A stretch of 64,000 nt of DNA from Micrococcales bacterium (lineage in GTDB: Bacteria > Actinomycetota > Actinomycetes > Actinomycetales > Microbacteriaceae): positions 34,284 to 98,283 of the forward strand of contig CANGEU010000003.1 in NCBI GenBank assembly GCA_947452985.1, in the 5' to 3' direction. The translations under genes and the position numbers were made by a program. The notes beneath the pieces are model-generated. The model was not told where the DNA came from. It saw only the letters and a program-made list of their open reading frames with translations, and ran no database searches. Positions 59,301-63,211 of the stretch are shown piece by piece. How positions within the stretch are numbered: the stretch's first letter is position 1; every line of letters begins with the position of its first letter.

Positions 59301-59670
59301 GCTTACCTCGCCAAACGTAAACAAGACCTGGTTCAAGATTCCTGGAAAGATCGTGAAAAAGGTTCAGACTTACACTTACTCGAACATCTGTAAGTTGACG
59401 ATGACCGTGAAGAAGGACCCGAAGCTCAAGAAGAAGGTAACCCGCATTGTTGGTGCCGGCTGTATTTTGAGTTCGGCCAACGAAGTGAAGCCTGGCAAGG
59501 AAGCCGGCTGGACCGCGCTTACTTCGGTCGGAATCCAGAAGATTAAGGTCAAGTACAAGCGCATCCGCCAGTACGCCAAGACGGGTCTAAGCTACGTGAA
59601 GACCAAGGGCAACCGCGTGTTGAAGAACATCAACCGCACCTGGGTTGTGAAGATCGGCCGCAGGCCGTAA
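38350..59670 (+). CDS. giant secreted multidomain surface/extracellular protein (7,106 aa)
   Basis: A single uninterrupted ORF. The start is 38350 or, more likely, the ATG at 38383 (AGGA 9 nt upstream). Signal peptide MRRKGTSFVALVALLASAFTYLDIPTSANA|A. Domain order: LamG-like, Ig-like, C-type-lectin-like, FN3. Then five super-repeats of about 715 aa (GLUG-type beta-helix plus an Ig unit, four of them with FN3). Then 24 tandem paired-Cys Ig units interrupted by one Gly-rich domain, followed by FN3, IPT-like, 2 Ig, an acidic linker and a Lys/Arg-rich tail. Confidence 0.9.
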   Translation: MFARVYRRIREMRRKGTSFVALVALLASAFTYLDIPTSANAAIVSSNLVLNLDASSTSSLAATGATGWNSVSPASSTATSSFFGNAARVTDSTGASMSMDGTGDATVFPAGTARTAGAMTVDTWIKPGNLRIGWNVFASRWFPTTARGGTSVDQDWHLGIYGTTSSNLKFQLNTGAGLITSTTTFPTTSANKWYHLAVTIDAANTATLWVNGVAETTQANFPHTDNATAQLHIGDVGDAAQSSAFNGNISRVRIYNAALTPAQMAQNFLTDSVNYGYAPANTVAPSVTGTAKVGTALSATEGTWGVGDAAGTTTTYQWQSSTDGSTGWANITGATSATYTPVTNDALNFLRVNVTKTNSGGSATASSAATVKVQTQNGISMVSSGKLTGLIATVPNDATIYNVTLSTSNLSATMTLGTTTGLTVVPGYASTASYMASAINSAAPIITFRGAGTAINTALANVSYTSATKQVDLIKLYYATAGATDTDTKNYIPIYDNGQLTFHYYAYKNHAAAKNRADMDTSLVGLTTTDNVQAPGPWYLVTPRYQIEWTRTSAIIGSNTNVWMGATSANGSTDWYWPANTDGYPSATKFAANGVGSSNIFNGTSTALPYCASEPNGGSTGDRSGFFYICGGNLGWDDVPVTTTTANFVMETYGTAPFNTGAAGSLAMTNSIVATSFDAPTGVTATATGAGSAFVSWTAPAANTTINPLNSHKVEYSTSAAFTTFSTAIVSGASYSSTVISGLTANTLYYFRVFAYGATGGQPYGVTSAAVSTTTLSTATTITVVSTGGGVAGTDYTISKGTIFPKSGTSANVNASDIQTSLGSITTLLAADNVVISAPITWSSGSYLQLGNGSSSSVTINKTITTSGSFSQLIIPPTTYTLDVKNGASIQFTSALSQYLTIGGTSYTLLKTEAQIAALASTTGNYALAKPLTFATAYTSSSPISVLNFAGTIDGLGNTINGLSLNPTTAGGNGFIRNIATGAVVRNLGVINVDIKLSSANALEVGALVGNSNGGTLEQVWTTGSIKATPGATVGNLLAGGILGDAISGTTTITKSWSSVSIDTSTATFNYLAQGGIVGGAVASYGQANTGNGGNVTLDQVYSIGNQKWTTTAQTWHAVGGILGIHFSKAAISFTDVFSWSNLSHDVDANNYNYGGIIGVSQTGTGGTASTFTRMYTNYDTCSDSGSNAVSACTKSVVPGSAVSAMTGSNWTTNATYGTYLTNVAPPVKPLFVQVIAPADNSYSGIANRFLDSNGTAQSLSALNLSVTGTPVYSILANAAKATYPSVTYTSGLALGGTAAAAYSVNSWAAGTSVTISRVPQTFTWSPTTSISFGSGTFTPSAAPVSSAGSTISYAVASAGTTGCTVNPSTGAVTYTAAGSCAVTATAAQTADYTSATATVTFSIAEAAAAPTVTTIGTSTTSLLVSWTVPTVNSSVALTGYQILYSTSADMSGATTVNTGNTNTTRLFTGLASGTTYYFQVRAVGGSTWLGAVNATAVTGTPKVANTTITVVATGGGVLGTDYKLSNGVLYTTSAIASVNVADIQTALQSGDLTIAADNIVVNTAITWSSNQTLTLGTTAVGSLDLNDSITASGAGAGLVIAATNYNLKTQTGAEIILSGASSTLSIGGNSYTLIRAVGDLASVTTTGFYALAKPIAYSGNIATSPINLTFTGTFDGLGNNVDLMRIRPVADGSYGFFSYLNGATVRNLGITRAWTSITTAVNLTKISSGIVAGETSGTTSLTQVWTTGHNDATMGTISRYGSGGLIGNATSGTLTITKSWSAVSMNSNGAAITYIAIGGLLGSTSAVVGDASTIAGGSVVMNQVYSTGNIYWQVGPGHRGYGGLIGLPYSTGTVSITDAFSWSPMRNADNNYAGLLGAPGGGAITVTRAYTTNTTSTWTGGTQTLTSVSAGITLGANVANLNTANWSASGTSKLVNLPDPFRPAYVAVVAPTDGSYSTLSYMLVDGLWTSTTLASLNVTATGTPTYTIAPNVTNGIYSVDYVSGLTLTGSNAPYYQLMVWPISTSVTISKQNQTVSWTPTTSVNFGSGSFTPSSAPVASGGTTISYALSSAGTTGCTVNPTTGVVTYTSAGSCSITATAAGTSSYLSASTTVSFTIAEAAAAPTVTPTAATTNSIMLTWTAPTVNASTSLTGYQITYSTAVGMTSPTTITTTNANTSRLITGLTTGTTYYFQVRAINGSTWSGTANATPASAAPKASATTITVVASGGGVSGTDFKIVDGVFYTTSSSVSVNAADIQNELLTKSVVIAAENVVVNKGITWATSQSLTLGNASTGSLVINDSITASGATAGLVIAPTTYTLNVSNGSEIILSGSSSTLSIGGTNYTLIRSIAGLSTVGATGNYALSQPLAFSSTALTAAPITSGFTGTFDGLGNTLDGMILTVPSTGMGGLFGSLTNGATVRNLGVTNVKMTMANSASSYVAAGVITANVPSSTTGTVTLNRVWSTGFITGASGTIQHLAAGGLVAWAQAGTVNISQSWSSVNIDVSSVATTNLAVGGLLGTDVTAMGQGWGSGGANFSITESYSTGNIKVGTFGWVGIGGLVGLHWSSSTTSISDSFHWGLLPTGTGNTGGILGASGSVSTSLARTYTTSTCINGAASIGCTSGQTIGATVSGLNTSVWSSSGASTLVNLALPTRPLYVQVLTNTNGTYDTVSYQIVDGSGAVQNAAALTALGLSVSGTAAYTPSLANAPISASPYSFNYSSGLTLGGSNASLYSLLPWRDATSVTISKLNQTMTWSPTTSLAFGTGTVTPTAPTSTGGSTMTYAVTSAGTTGCTVNASTGVLTYTSGGSCTVSATTPSTGNYLQVSASATFVIADPATAPTASATTAGSGMLNIGWTVPSVSASAAITGYTLTYSTAAAMTGATTVNVGNTRGYLLTGLTAGTTYYFQVRAVSGSTWTGPLSDVASATPNSTATTINVVASGGGVAGTDYKVNGGVISATGTVNINDTDIEGILATEGTVQLAATNVNVNASISWSSNAVLVLGNTSAATVNVNDVIAGSGATAGVKILPTTYGLAVKSGSAIRLTGSTPSFNLGGTSYTVVNTVAGLSNVAAGTTWALTAPITLSTNYSTAVRDFTFTGIMDGLGNTVNNMQITPTTTRDVGFFAQLGGATVRNVGFTNINFYSNTGSINLRMGAVAGNGSSTGTNTVTQVWATGFNIQDAASGAVEIGGLFGGATAGTLNISKSWSSVSIASKAPSVGSGGLIGTNANVFSQTAVPTSAYNTLTINESYSVGNILRDLPANLSWYGNGGIIGVAYGWSVTINNSFTWGVVNATGTNGNSYVSTGGVVGIAHGSSTLSISNVYTTSGTNPNCVNNAAYTGCTSGAVAGAPVTGFSTGLWSTVNGASLVNLAPPTKLLYVRVKAPTDGSFGTVGYEIVDSTGTLQTLSSLNLSVSGTPTYDTISSASAKGTYTVNYSSGLTLGGTSAGVYSLNAWKTATSVVLSRLPQTLTWAPTTAIAFKTGSFTPSSTPSAVGAPTITYTVSDQGTTSCSVASLTGVVTYSSAGTCVVTATAAQTTDYTAASVNVSFVIAAAPTFTVVTSGGGVSGTDYTVSGGVITATSNASINASDLVTLLGTGSVQLAGNVIVNAPITWSANTVLTLGGTSGNNVTINKKITASGNTAGLEVKPSTYSLDTKNGISIVLSGTTPTLSIGGSSYTLVKSIADLANVTAVSTDKFALAVPVSFSTAITASPINVNFAGTFDGLGNTVDNMKLTYTGATNVGFFKNLAGGTIRNLGIINQIVSLEPATTTGNLAAGGLVGDSTGGTIEGVWTTGFVKVKSGKTYASLGMGGIVGNVSSGTLTINKTWSSVGLDGWYGTYTAMFAGGLVGGDLGTWSATSATAGGSLVMNEVYSTGDVSTPLTSGTNGIGGLIGLHQGTGTITVTNAFTWTQLVGNTGVNFGGFLGFGSGGAATFTNGYSINSVNYPAGSSNVTSSNTSWNYAMGATPGFVITGNSSWYESTNGRALSSLPMAVKNYYVRVAVSGTPNGSYSDIVYRTINSVDQTKTLSAFNLTVSGTPVYSITESAVLGTYAVTYTSGLTYGGTGAYLFNFLPYPFSTSVTISKYAQTISLTSTAPTTATVGTTYTLAGTASSGLTITYTIDSSSTSICSIAGSVVTFNALGTCTINANQAGNTTYLAAPQVQQAAIATVKGAQTITFTSSAPTTAKVAGSTYTATATSTSGGAPVLTVDSSSSSICSIAAGVVSFLAVGTCKVNGNEAGGTNWNAAIQAQQSFTVAKGVSTIVITSTAPTAAVVGGSTYAMTATKTAANTNSVTYSVDSTTSTICSVSGAVVSFLLVGTCKVNANLASDTQYEAATQQQQVITVGKGDQVLAFTSSAPNAAKVGAPNYTLTATGGASTSAMVLSVDSIATGKCSVAGFVVTYLSVGDCVLNLNQAGDTNYNAATQVQQTVTITADGRCPNGFVSGNYCLIRFNTSGTWTVPTGVTTIDLLAVGGGGAGGGGAGGNTSPGGGGGGEVLEAFTQSVVTGQKFTATVGAGGIGGGAVNAATPSTSGSATTITGTNGFVTITARGGGNGATYDFTNSLAIAAGGGATIAGGGGGNGQAGTPPTTPGTGGVSTGGAGISNNTNAALQAGGGGGGAGGNGTNATSSSGGAGGAGKNSTILGMLLGGGGGGAKRQAVSGTAGTATAGGGAGGLAVAGTPGTANTGGGGGGSAGSNVGANGGSGVVVIRIALQSQTVAFTSTAPTGLVFGTSTTYTPTSSGSASEVSPVITVDASSSAVCSISAGVVSITGAGTCTLNANQAGNGFYAPASQVQQSFTVAKADQTITFTNEPASTKVNTTYTPSATATGGGSVTFTIASGSSAVCSIASGVVTFNAVGSCVVLADSAGSTNYNAAAQGSKTITVGKGDQTITFTNNPATPKVNTTYTPTATATGGGSVTFSIASNSSAICSIAGNVVTFNAVGDCVILADSISTANWSVATQGSKTVTVAKGEQTITFTNNPATPKVKTSYTPTATATGGGSVTFTIAAGSSSVCSIASGVITFLAVGDCVIKGDSAASANWNASAQGSKTVTVTKGDQAITFTSNAPTNAVVDGSTYTITANGGDSTSAVTFTVDTSATAICSISGAVVTFRAVGSCVINANQAGDVNYLPATQVQQTITVGKGTQVVGITSAAPTNAVVDGSTYAVSASNGRGTANVVLSIDSSAIAVCSITGSVVSFLAAGTCKVNANQAGDANYNAAAQVQQTFAVGRGAQVVAITSTAPSSAVVDGATYTVIKTGGRSTSSVVTSIASASASVCSISSSVVTFLTAGDCVVKVNQEGDANYTAASEATQTITVGKGAQEISITSTAPTNAVVDGSTYTVSATGGRSTSLVISSIAAASASVCSIAAGVVTFLAAGDCVVEFNQDGDANYNAAPTQTQTITVGKGSQTVDFTSLTPTGVRVDGSVYVPTATGGASTSAATISIASSSSTICEINNGEVSFHAVGSCVVEVNQAGDDNYNAAPVKTQTITVAKGLQSLTKTSVDPAAVVDGATYTPTFTSGASGSAVVVAIASGSAADCTVSNGTISFIGAGDCDVTVNQAANANYEAAPELAFTITVGKGSQAITWTTTEPSSAVVGGVTYSPAATGGATGNTVSFRVDVNTASVCAVSMGAVRFIGVGTCTVVANQSGNSNYLAAPQVSQTFTVGKGTQAIAFTSTIPTAVVDGATYTPAALGGPTGNSVTFSIASASSAVCTLAYGKISFQNVGTCEVEANQLGNTNYNAAPQVVQSFTVGKGAQTVSFTSAAPSAKVSGTTYTPVTAGGASGNAVTLSIAPASSSICSVNNGVVSYQAVGSCVVQANQAASANYEAAAQVTQTITVAKGVQVLNFTTTPPSLRPVQGTTYVPAVTFGNSGVPVVFTIGAEAASICTIANGTISFLAVGDCVLYADQAGNANYTAATRISQVFDITKGEQIVNFTSNAPTTAVVDGATYTPTGTGGAGTSPLVFSATAESAGICTVLVGVVYFQGAGDCVIALNQAGDTNYNAATQKLQTISVGKGSQTITFTSSNNTATVDGAAYLPTFTKGSSINAVHISVASSSSMVCEVTAGSVAFHSVGDCVIEATQAADNNYEAAPMVAQTISVAQGTQVALVGHASLSSLTLGSSTPTAVLTTSGGSGDGAISWSVDPTSAAYCSVSGDVVSGLASGYCDLVATKAADQNYLEATATLTVVVSTGGQAPVRTSINVENPTFSEGLTLTLSLDGGDGSGAVWFESLTTHVCNTDGGTTLNVYHAGTCNVIGHKDGDDNYEAVQDTLSFNIAKATQSGVTIHLASPLTYSATGAVTSALSLDGVLADGAQSFSVTSGTCTVVDGELSATEAGDCEVTASIVGDDKYLDGTFTHTFTIAKAAQSPLTATLATDALPAIAWNGVKTTTFDVAGGSGAGTLNVSTSTPLICSVSLTDSVVTVTGIAQGTCDASVSRAATANYLGASTLFTVEVLDLAGRPTAVAAAAPVRSPNGSLLSTVSWTAPAAASTRASVTGVKVQSRIGNGAWADVTETPVPASETSLAVAVQPWTKYNFRVAATTALDGDNLNWAYFDLSGDNTPDVLVVGGGRVVASTAKAATTSGETVIITGAGFEAGYTTRVELTTGSSVFAAGIRPAAALVQTVVLPATYISPTQLSFVLPKITLPKGTLSLTTQIKVLSTDNLKSDAFPLDYIPKKLAQTLTATLPAVNTIMTMTAPLISTGTVTSSSTDNPPVVTATPASVCTASINLLNKLVVTPVSPGKCSISVVIPGTPAYLVSATKSTVVYIKTNRTAGLTATADSVTSSGVHTPTTFNVTSGLSNTAVSVVVGENAVEVPVTLNKREGAVLFTVDAASDAAGRCIADGGDATTGLVGTITMNDLGTCKVTVTLPADDGYYVGTETIVITVNGVAADPTVPVVQDLGDGEAAPEDTDLNPKDPDTEPAVAITLDPSRAADYSFGGEDGLAFDPLTKKLNVRSRTPLVGVWTATLTSPNVNKTWFKIPGKIVKKVQTYTYSNICKLTMTVKKDPKLKKKVTRIVGAGCILSSANEVKPGKEAGWTALTSVGIQKIKVKYKRIRQYAKTGLSYVKTKGNRVLKNINRTWVVKIGRRP
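38491..39165 (+). other. LamG / concanavalin-A-like lectin domain of the giant protein
   Basis: LVLNLDASS...MTVDTWIKPGNL...WHLGIYGTTSSNLKFQLN...WYHLAVTIDAANTATLWVNGV...GNISRVRIYNAALTPAQMAQNF. This is the pattern typical of Laminin_G_3-type domains. Confidence 0.7.
39830..40275 (+). other. C-type-lectin-like domain of the giant protein (EPN ... WDD)
   Basis: FHYYAY...GPWYLVTPRYQIEWT...VWMGATSANGSTDWYWPANTDG...YCASEPNGGSTGDRSGFFYICGGNLGWDDVP parallels the CTLD pattern W.G..D....W.W.DG...W...EPN...C...WND. Confidence 0.5.
40684..50610 (+). repeat. five coding super-repeats of about 2.15 kb inside the giant gene
   Basis: Unit starts (T(T/F)(I/T)(T/N)VV..GGGV.GTDY) at about 40684, 42868, 45007, 47152 and 49012. 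Each unit has F.GT.DGLGNT, VRNLG and runs of GLUG-like units. Each ends with an Ig unit starting at 42301, 44440, 46597 or 48748 (the next Ig unit, at 50611, opens the tandem array). FN3 domains (YYF(Q/R)V) end near 40675, 42855, 44995 and 47150. Confidence 0.85.
50611..51671 (+). repeat. tandem array, units 1-4, of Ig-like repeats of about 88-90 aa with paired Cys
   Basis: Each unit has the pattern Q.(I/V).(F/L)TS.AP....V......T.......(V/L)..D(S/T)....(I/V)C(S/T)(I/V).G.VV(S/T)F...G.C.(I/V)N.NQAG...(Y/W).AA.Q.QQ...V.KG. Confidence 0.85.
51672..52509 (+). other. glycine-rich domain inserted in the Ig array (paralogous to the domain in the 25900..28200 protein)
   Basis: RCPNGFVSGNYCLIRFNTSGTWTVPTGVTTIDLLAVGGGGAGGGG...(poly-Gly blocks)...GANGGSGVVVIRIAL. 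The smaller protein has CVDGTCWVTFDYTGDYSVWTPPAGINSLHFDVYGAQGG...GNGQVVIRYTF. Confidence 0.8.
52513..57765 (+). repeat. tandem array, units 5-24, of paired-Cys Ig-like repeats
   Basis: I counted 20 consecutive units from the translation. Units starting at 52780, 53035 and 53290 (next unit at 53545) are exactly 255 nt each and are the most similar to each other at nucleotide level. The other units are about 264-270 nt, and the last four are more divergent. Confidence 0.85.
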
Positions 59671-59689
59671 TTAAAAAATAGTTAGAAAA

Positions 59690-61246
59690 CTATTCCCACT
59701 CGATGGTGCCAGGTGGCTTCGAGGTTACGTCTAGGACGACTCGGTTCACACCCTCAACCTCGTTGGTGATTCGGTTCGAAATCTTGGCAAGGACGTCGTA
59801 TGGCAAACGTGACCAGTCGGCGGTCATGGCATCTTCACTCGAGACCGGGCGAAGCACAATTGGGTGGCCGTAACTGCGGCCATCGCCTTGCACACCAACC
59901 GAACGAACATCGGCTAGGAGAACTACTGGGCACTGCCAGATCTCTTGGTCTAGGCCGGCTGCGGTTAGTTCGGCGCGAGCAATTGCATCGGCCTTACGAA
60001 GTAGGTCGAGGCGTTCCTTGTTTACTTCACCGATGATGCGAATGCCGAGGCCTGGGCCTGGGAACGGCTGGCGCTGCACGATTTCACTTGGAAGACCAAG
60101 CTCGGCACCAATTGCGCGCACCTCATCTTTGAACAGTGTGCGAAGTGGCTCAACCAGTTCGAAGTCAAGGTCGTCTGGAAGTCCGCCAACATTGTGGTGG
60201 CTCTTGATGCCTGCGGTTGCTCCGCCGCCAGACTCAACGACGTCTGGGTACAGAGTTCCCTGTACTAGGAAACGAATTGGTCGGTTGTCGGCTTTTGACT
60301 CTTCGATTAGCGCGGTTTGAGCTTCTTCGAAGGTGCGAATGAATTCGCGGCCAATAATCTTTCTCTTGGTCTCTGGGTCGGTGACTCCCGCCAGTGCGTC
60401 TAAGAACTTCTTCTCGGCATCGACCACTACCAGGCGAATTCCGGTTGCTGCCACGTAGTCGCGCTCAACCTGCTCAGCTTCGTCTTGGCGCAGTAGGCCA
60501 TGGTTCACGAACACGCAAACCAGTTGGTCACCAACTGCCTTGTGCACCAACGCTGCAGCAACCGCAGAGTCCACGCCACCGGAAAGGCCACAGATAACGC
60601 GGTCGGTTCCAACCTGCGCGCGAATCTTTTCAACCTGTTCGGCAATAACATTGCCCGAGTTCCAGGTTGCTGGAATGCCGGCAGCGTTGTGAAGGAAGTT
60701 TTCCAGAACGTTTTGGCCGAACTGTGAATGCTTAACTTCTGGGTGCCACTGCACGCCGTAAATCTTCTTTTCCGAGTTTGCGAATGCCGCTACCGGGGTG
60801 GTTTCGGTTGAAGCCAAAACTTCGAAACCGGCTGGTGCTTCCATAACCTGGTCGCCGTGGCTCATCCAGCAAATCTGGCTAGCAGGCTGACCGGCAAGGA
60901 TCTCTCCCCCGGACCGAACGCTAAGTTCGGTAGCTCCGTATTCGCGCTTACCGGTCTTGTCGACTCGTCCGCCGAGGGCATTGGCTAGGGTTTGGAATCC
61001 GTAACAAATGCCGAGCACAGGGATGCCAAGCTCCAGAATTTCTGGGTCCAGCTGTGGCGATGCGTCTTCGTAAACCGATGACGGTCCACCCGAAAGAATG
61101 ATGGCCGCTGGGTTCTTAGCCTTGACCTCGGCAGCGGTGATGGTGTGGTGCACGATTTCGCTGAACACGCTGGCTTCGCGAACGCGGCGGGCAATCAACT
61201 GAGCGTACTGAGCGCCAAAATCAACAACGAGTACTGGCTGGTTCAT
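59690..61246 (-). CDS. guaA: GMP synthase (glutamine-hydrolysing)
   Basis: 518 aa. GATase catalytic Cys (GICYGFQ), ATP-pyrophosphatase loop SGGVDS, C-terminal ...PPGTIEWE. Confidence 0.95.
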   Translation of the reverse strand: MNQPVLVVDFGAQYAQLIARRVREASVFSEIVHHTITAAEVKAKNPAAIILSGGPSSVYEDASPQLDPEILELGIPVLGICYGFQTLANALGGRVDKTGKREYGATELSVRSGGEILAGQPASQICWMSHGDQVMEAPAGFEVLASTETTPVAAFANSEKKIYGVQWHPEVKHSQFGQNVLENFLHNAAGIPATWNSGNVIAEQVEKIRAQVGTDRVICGLSGGVDSAVAAALVHKAVGDQLVCVFVNHGLLRQDEAEQVERDYVAATGIRLVVVDAEKKFLDALAGVTDPETKRKIIGREFIRTFEEAQTALIEESKADNRPIRFLVQGTLYPDVVESGGGATAGIKSHHNVGGLPDDLDFELVEPLRTLFKDEVRAIGAELGLPSEIVQRQPFPGPGLGIRIIGEVNKERLDLLRKADAIARAELTAAGLDQEIWQCPVVLLADVRSVGVQGDGRSYGHPIVLRPVSSEDAMTADWSRLPYDVLAKISNRITNEVEGVNRVVLDVTSKPPGTIEWE

Positions 61247-61248
61247 GC

Positions 61249-61683
61249 TTAGCCCTTCAGGGTTTCAAGTTCGGTTAGAGCAATTTTGCGGAAGTGGCGT
61301 TCGGCAAAGAACGAAAGCAGTGGAACCACACCACCGGCAGCGATCAGCAAGAAGCGACCTAGGTTCCACTTCAGTAGCGACCAGAGGCGGAAGTCGGTGT
61401 AAAGGTAGAAGACGTAAAGCCAGCCGTGCACAATAAGTACGATCGAAGTGAGGTCAAATCCTTCGGTTGGGAAACCGGTCTTGAAGCCGTCGGCGTCCAC
61501 GATGAAGTGCTCAAAAGTCAGGAAGCCGTGCGGACCAGCAAGCCAAAGGTCGGTTGAGTTGGTCAAACGAATTACAAAAAGTGCTGTGATCAGCAGCAAG
61601 AAGTAACCGGTGATGTTGGCCGCAACGCGGTACTGGTTCAAAACCTTGGTTACGGTTTCTTTGAGTTCTGGTTGGGCTGGCAT
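61249..61683 (-). CDS. DUF3817-like integral membrane protein
   Basis: 144 aa, 4 [22 protein letters not shown]...[11 protein letters not shown]. Its stop lies 2 nt before the guaA start. Confidence 0.6.
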   Translation of the reverse strand: MPAQPELKETVTKVLNQYRVAANITGYFLLLITALFVIRLTNSTDLWLAGPHGFLTFEHFIVDADGFKTGFPTEGFDLTSIVLIVHGWLYVFYLYTDFRLWSLLKWNLGRFLLIAAGGVVPLLSFFAERHFRKIALTELETLKG

Positions 61684-61791
61684 TAGTTAATTCTACCTTC
61701 CACAAATCTCGTGGTCTCCTTGAACTTAGGTTTTCTCGATGGCATACTGGTAGGAGCAACGAGAACCTTATTCGCAAGGAGGGGAACTCGG

Positions 61792-61821
61792 AATCCCAAC
61801 TTGGCTACGGCAGTTGGGATT
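61792..61821. other. perfect 10-bp stem hairpin immediately downstream of the DUF3800-like gene
   Basis: AATCCCAACT (61792..61801), a 10-nt loop, then AGTTGGGATT (61812..61821). No U-tract on either strand. Confidence 0.5.
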
Positions 61822-61823
61822 TG

Positions 61824-62390
61824 CTATTTAAACAGGGTTTCAAACGAAAGTTTCGTTTTACCTAAAATCGACTGCCTCGCCGAATAGGCAACAACGTCGG
61901 CGGCCCAAAGGCATTTTTCATCTCTAGTCTTTGCAAAACAAACTTCTCGTGATTGAAATTGTGGATATTTTCGGCTGTTTTCTCGAAGACTTCGCAAGTC
62001 TGCTTCCATTTGGAATCCATTGGGCCTAGCTTCAAAAATGATTGCTGTCGAAGGGGCAGAATCAAACAGAATTTCACGAATAAGTTGAGATCTAGAGCTC
62101 TCTCCTAGTTTGTCGCTCCAATCAATCGGATGTTTGCTGAACGTAAAGGGCTTTGAATTTTTTCGAATGTATTCGGCGATTTCTAAGTACTTTGAAATGC
62201 CGGTTTGAGTTTTCATTGCTTCGGTGGTGTGCCAGTAGTCGCTTCCTACTGTTTGCTTCAAACCGTTTTCGAAAACCTCTATTTCGGAAGTGGTAACTTC
62301 AACCCCACCAAAAATGTAAAAGGGGTGCCAATTTTGACGATTTGACACTTGGTAACTCTCGTCAAGGAACCAAGTGCATTTTTCCAGCAT
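61824..62390 (-). CDS. DUF3800-like hypothetical protein
   Basis: 188 aa in AT-richer DNA. N-terminal WFLDESY and C-terminal CLWAADVVAYSARQ resemble the DUF3800 pattern (..iDESG.. / ..lQ.aD..a..i.r). Confidence 0.5.
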   Translation of the reverse strand: MLEKCTWFLDESYQVSNRQNWHPFYIFGGVEVTTSEIEVFENGLKQTVGSDYWHTTEAMKTQTGISKYLEIAEYIRKNSKPFTFSKHPIDWSDKLGESSRSQLIREILFDSAPSTAIIFEARPNGFQMEADLRSLRENSRKYPQFQSREVCFAKTRDEKCLWAADVVAYSARQSILGKTKLSFETLFK

Positions 62391-62449
62391 GAGTTGAAAC
62401 TAGTCTCTGGATTAGGATCAGGGTCACCAGAATTATCAGTTGGGGAAAA

Positions 62450-63211
62450 CTACTGGGCTCGAAGGCGAATGACTTCGTCCTTGACCAATCTTCCCCAGAG
62501 GAAGATTGCAAAGCCTGCAAACAGGGTCCACTCAACTGCATAAAAGGCGGTCAGCCAGTTGAATACGGTTGAGCCAGGATTATTTCCGATGACGATTTTC
62601 TGACCCTCGCTAAGTGGCTTTTGAACGATTACAAAACCGGCGTAGGCATCAACGTCTTCTGGCATTCCAGGTTGGTTGATGATTTGCGCGATCGAAAGCG
62701 ATTCGAAAACATTGCCATCGGCAGGTCTAGGGTCTTCGGTTGGCTCGTAAATTCCGGTAACCGAAACCAACATCATGTCTTCGGCCAGGGTTTTGTATCG
62801 GTCCGCGCGAGCTTTGGCTTCGGCTCGACTCTCGAACCACCCAAGCGCCAAAGTAATGACCTTGCCTTCGTCGGTGGTGGCTGGGCGAACCAACCAATAA
62901 CCGTTTTTGGAACCGCCCTGACCATCCAACTGAATGCGGTTGCTGACCACATAGGCAAGCCCAGGGATGGGAGTTACCGGCGCGGAAATCAAGCGATCAA
63001 CTTGACCGGCTTCAAAATCAGCCGAAGATTTTGCAAGGTCTGTGAGCGGGACCACCGTTTGGTTGGTTGGAGCCTTTGGCACATAGCGGTAGGTGCGGTC
63101 GGCTTGCCATTGCGCGAGCGAGGCGAAGATTGCGCCCACCGCGAGCGCGAGTAAAAGAGCGCCAACCCATTTCGGTCGCGTAGCGACCTTAAAAAATGTT
63201 GGCTCGCTCAT
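62450..63211 (-). CDS. SURF1/Shy1-like cytochrome oxidase assembly protein
   Basis: 253 aa. N-terminal TM followed by SLAQWQADR, and a C-terminal TM. This is the typical SURF1 topology. Confidence 0.75.
   Translation of the reverse strand: MSEPTFFKVATRPKWVGALLLALAVGAIFASLAQWQADRTYRYVPKAPTNQTVVPLTDLAKSSADFEAGQVDRLISAPVTPIPGLAYVVSNRIQLDGQGGSKNGYWLVRPATTDEGKVITLALGWFESRAEAKARADRYKTLAEDMMLVSVTGIYEPTEDPRPADGNVFESLSIAQIINQPGMPEDVDAYAGFVIVQKPLSEGQKIVIGNNPGSTVFNWLTAFYAVEWTLFAGFAIFLWGRLVKDEVIRLRAQ

Noticed and set aside
59677-59694. AT-only 7-bp hairpin (AATAGTT/AACTATT) between the giant gene and guaA as a bidirectional terminator
   Set aside because: The stem is very weak and overlaps the guaA stop codon, so it is not convincing.
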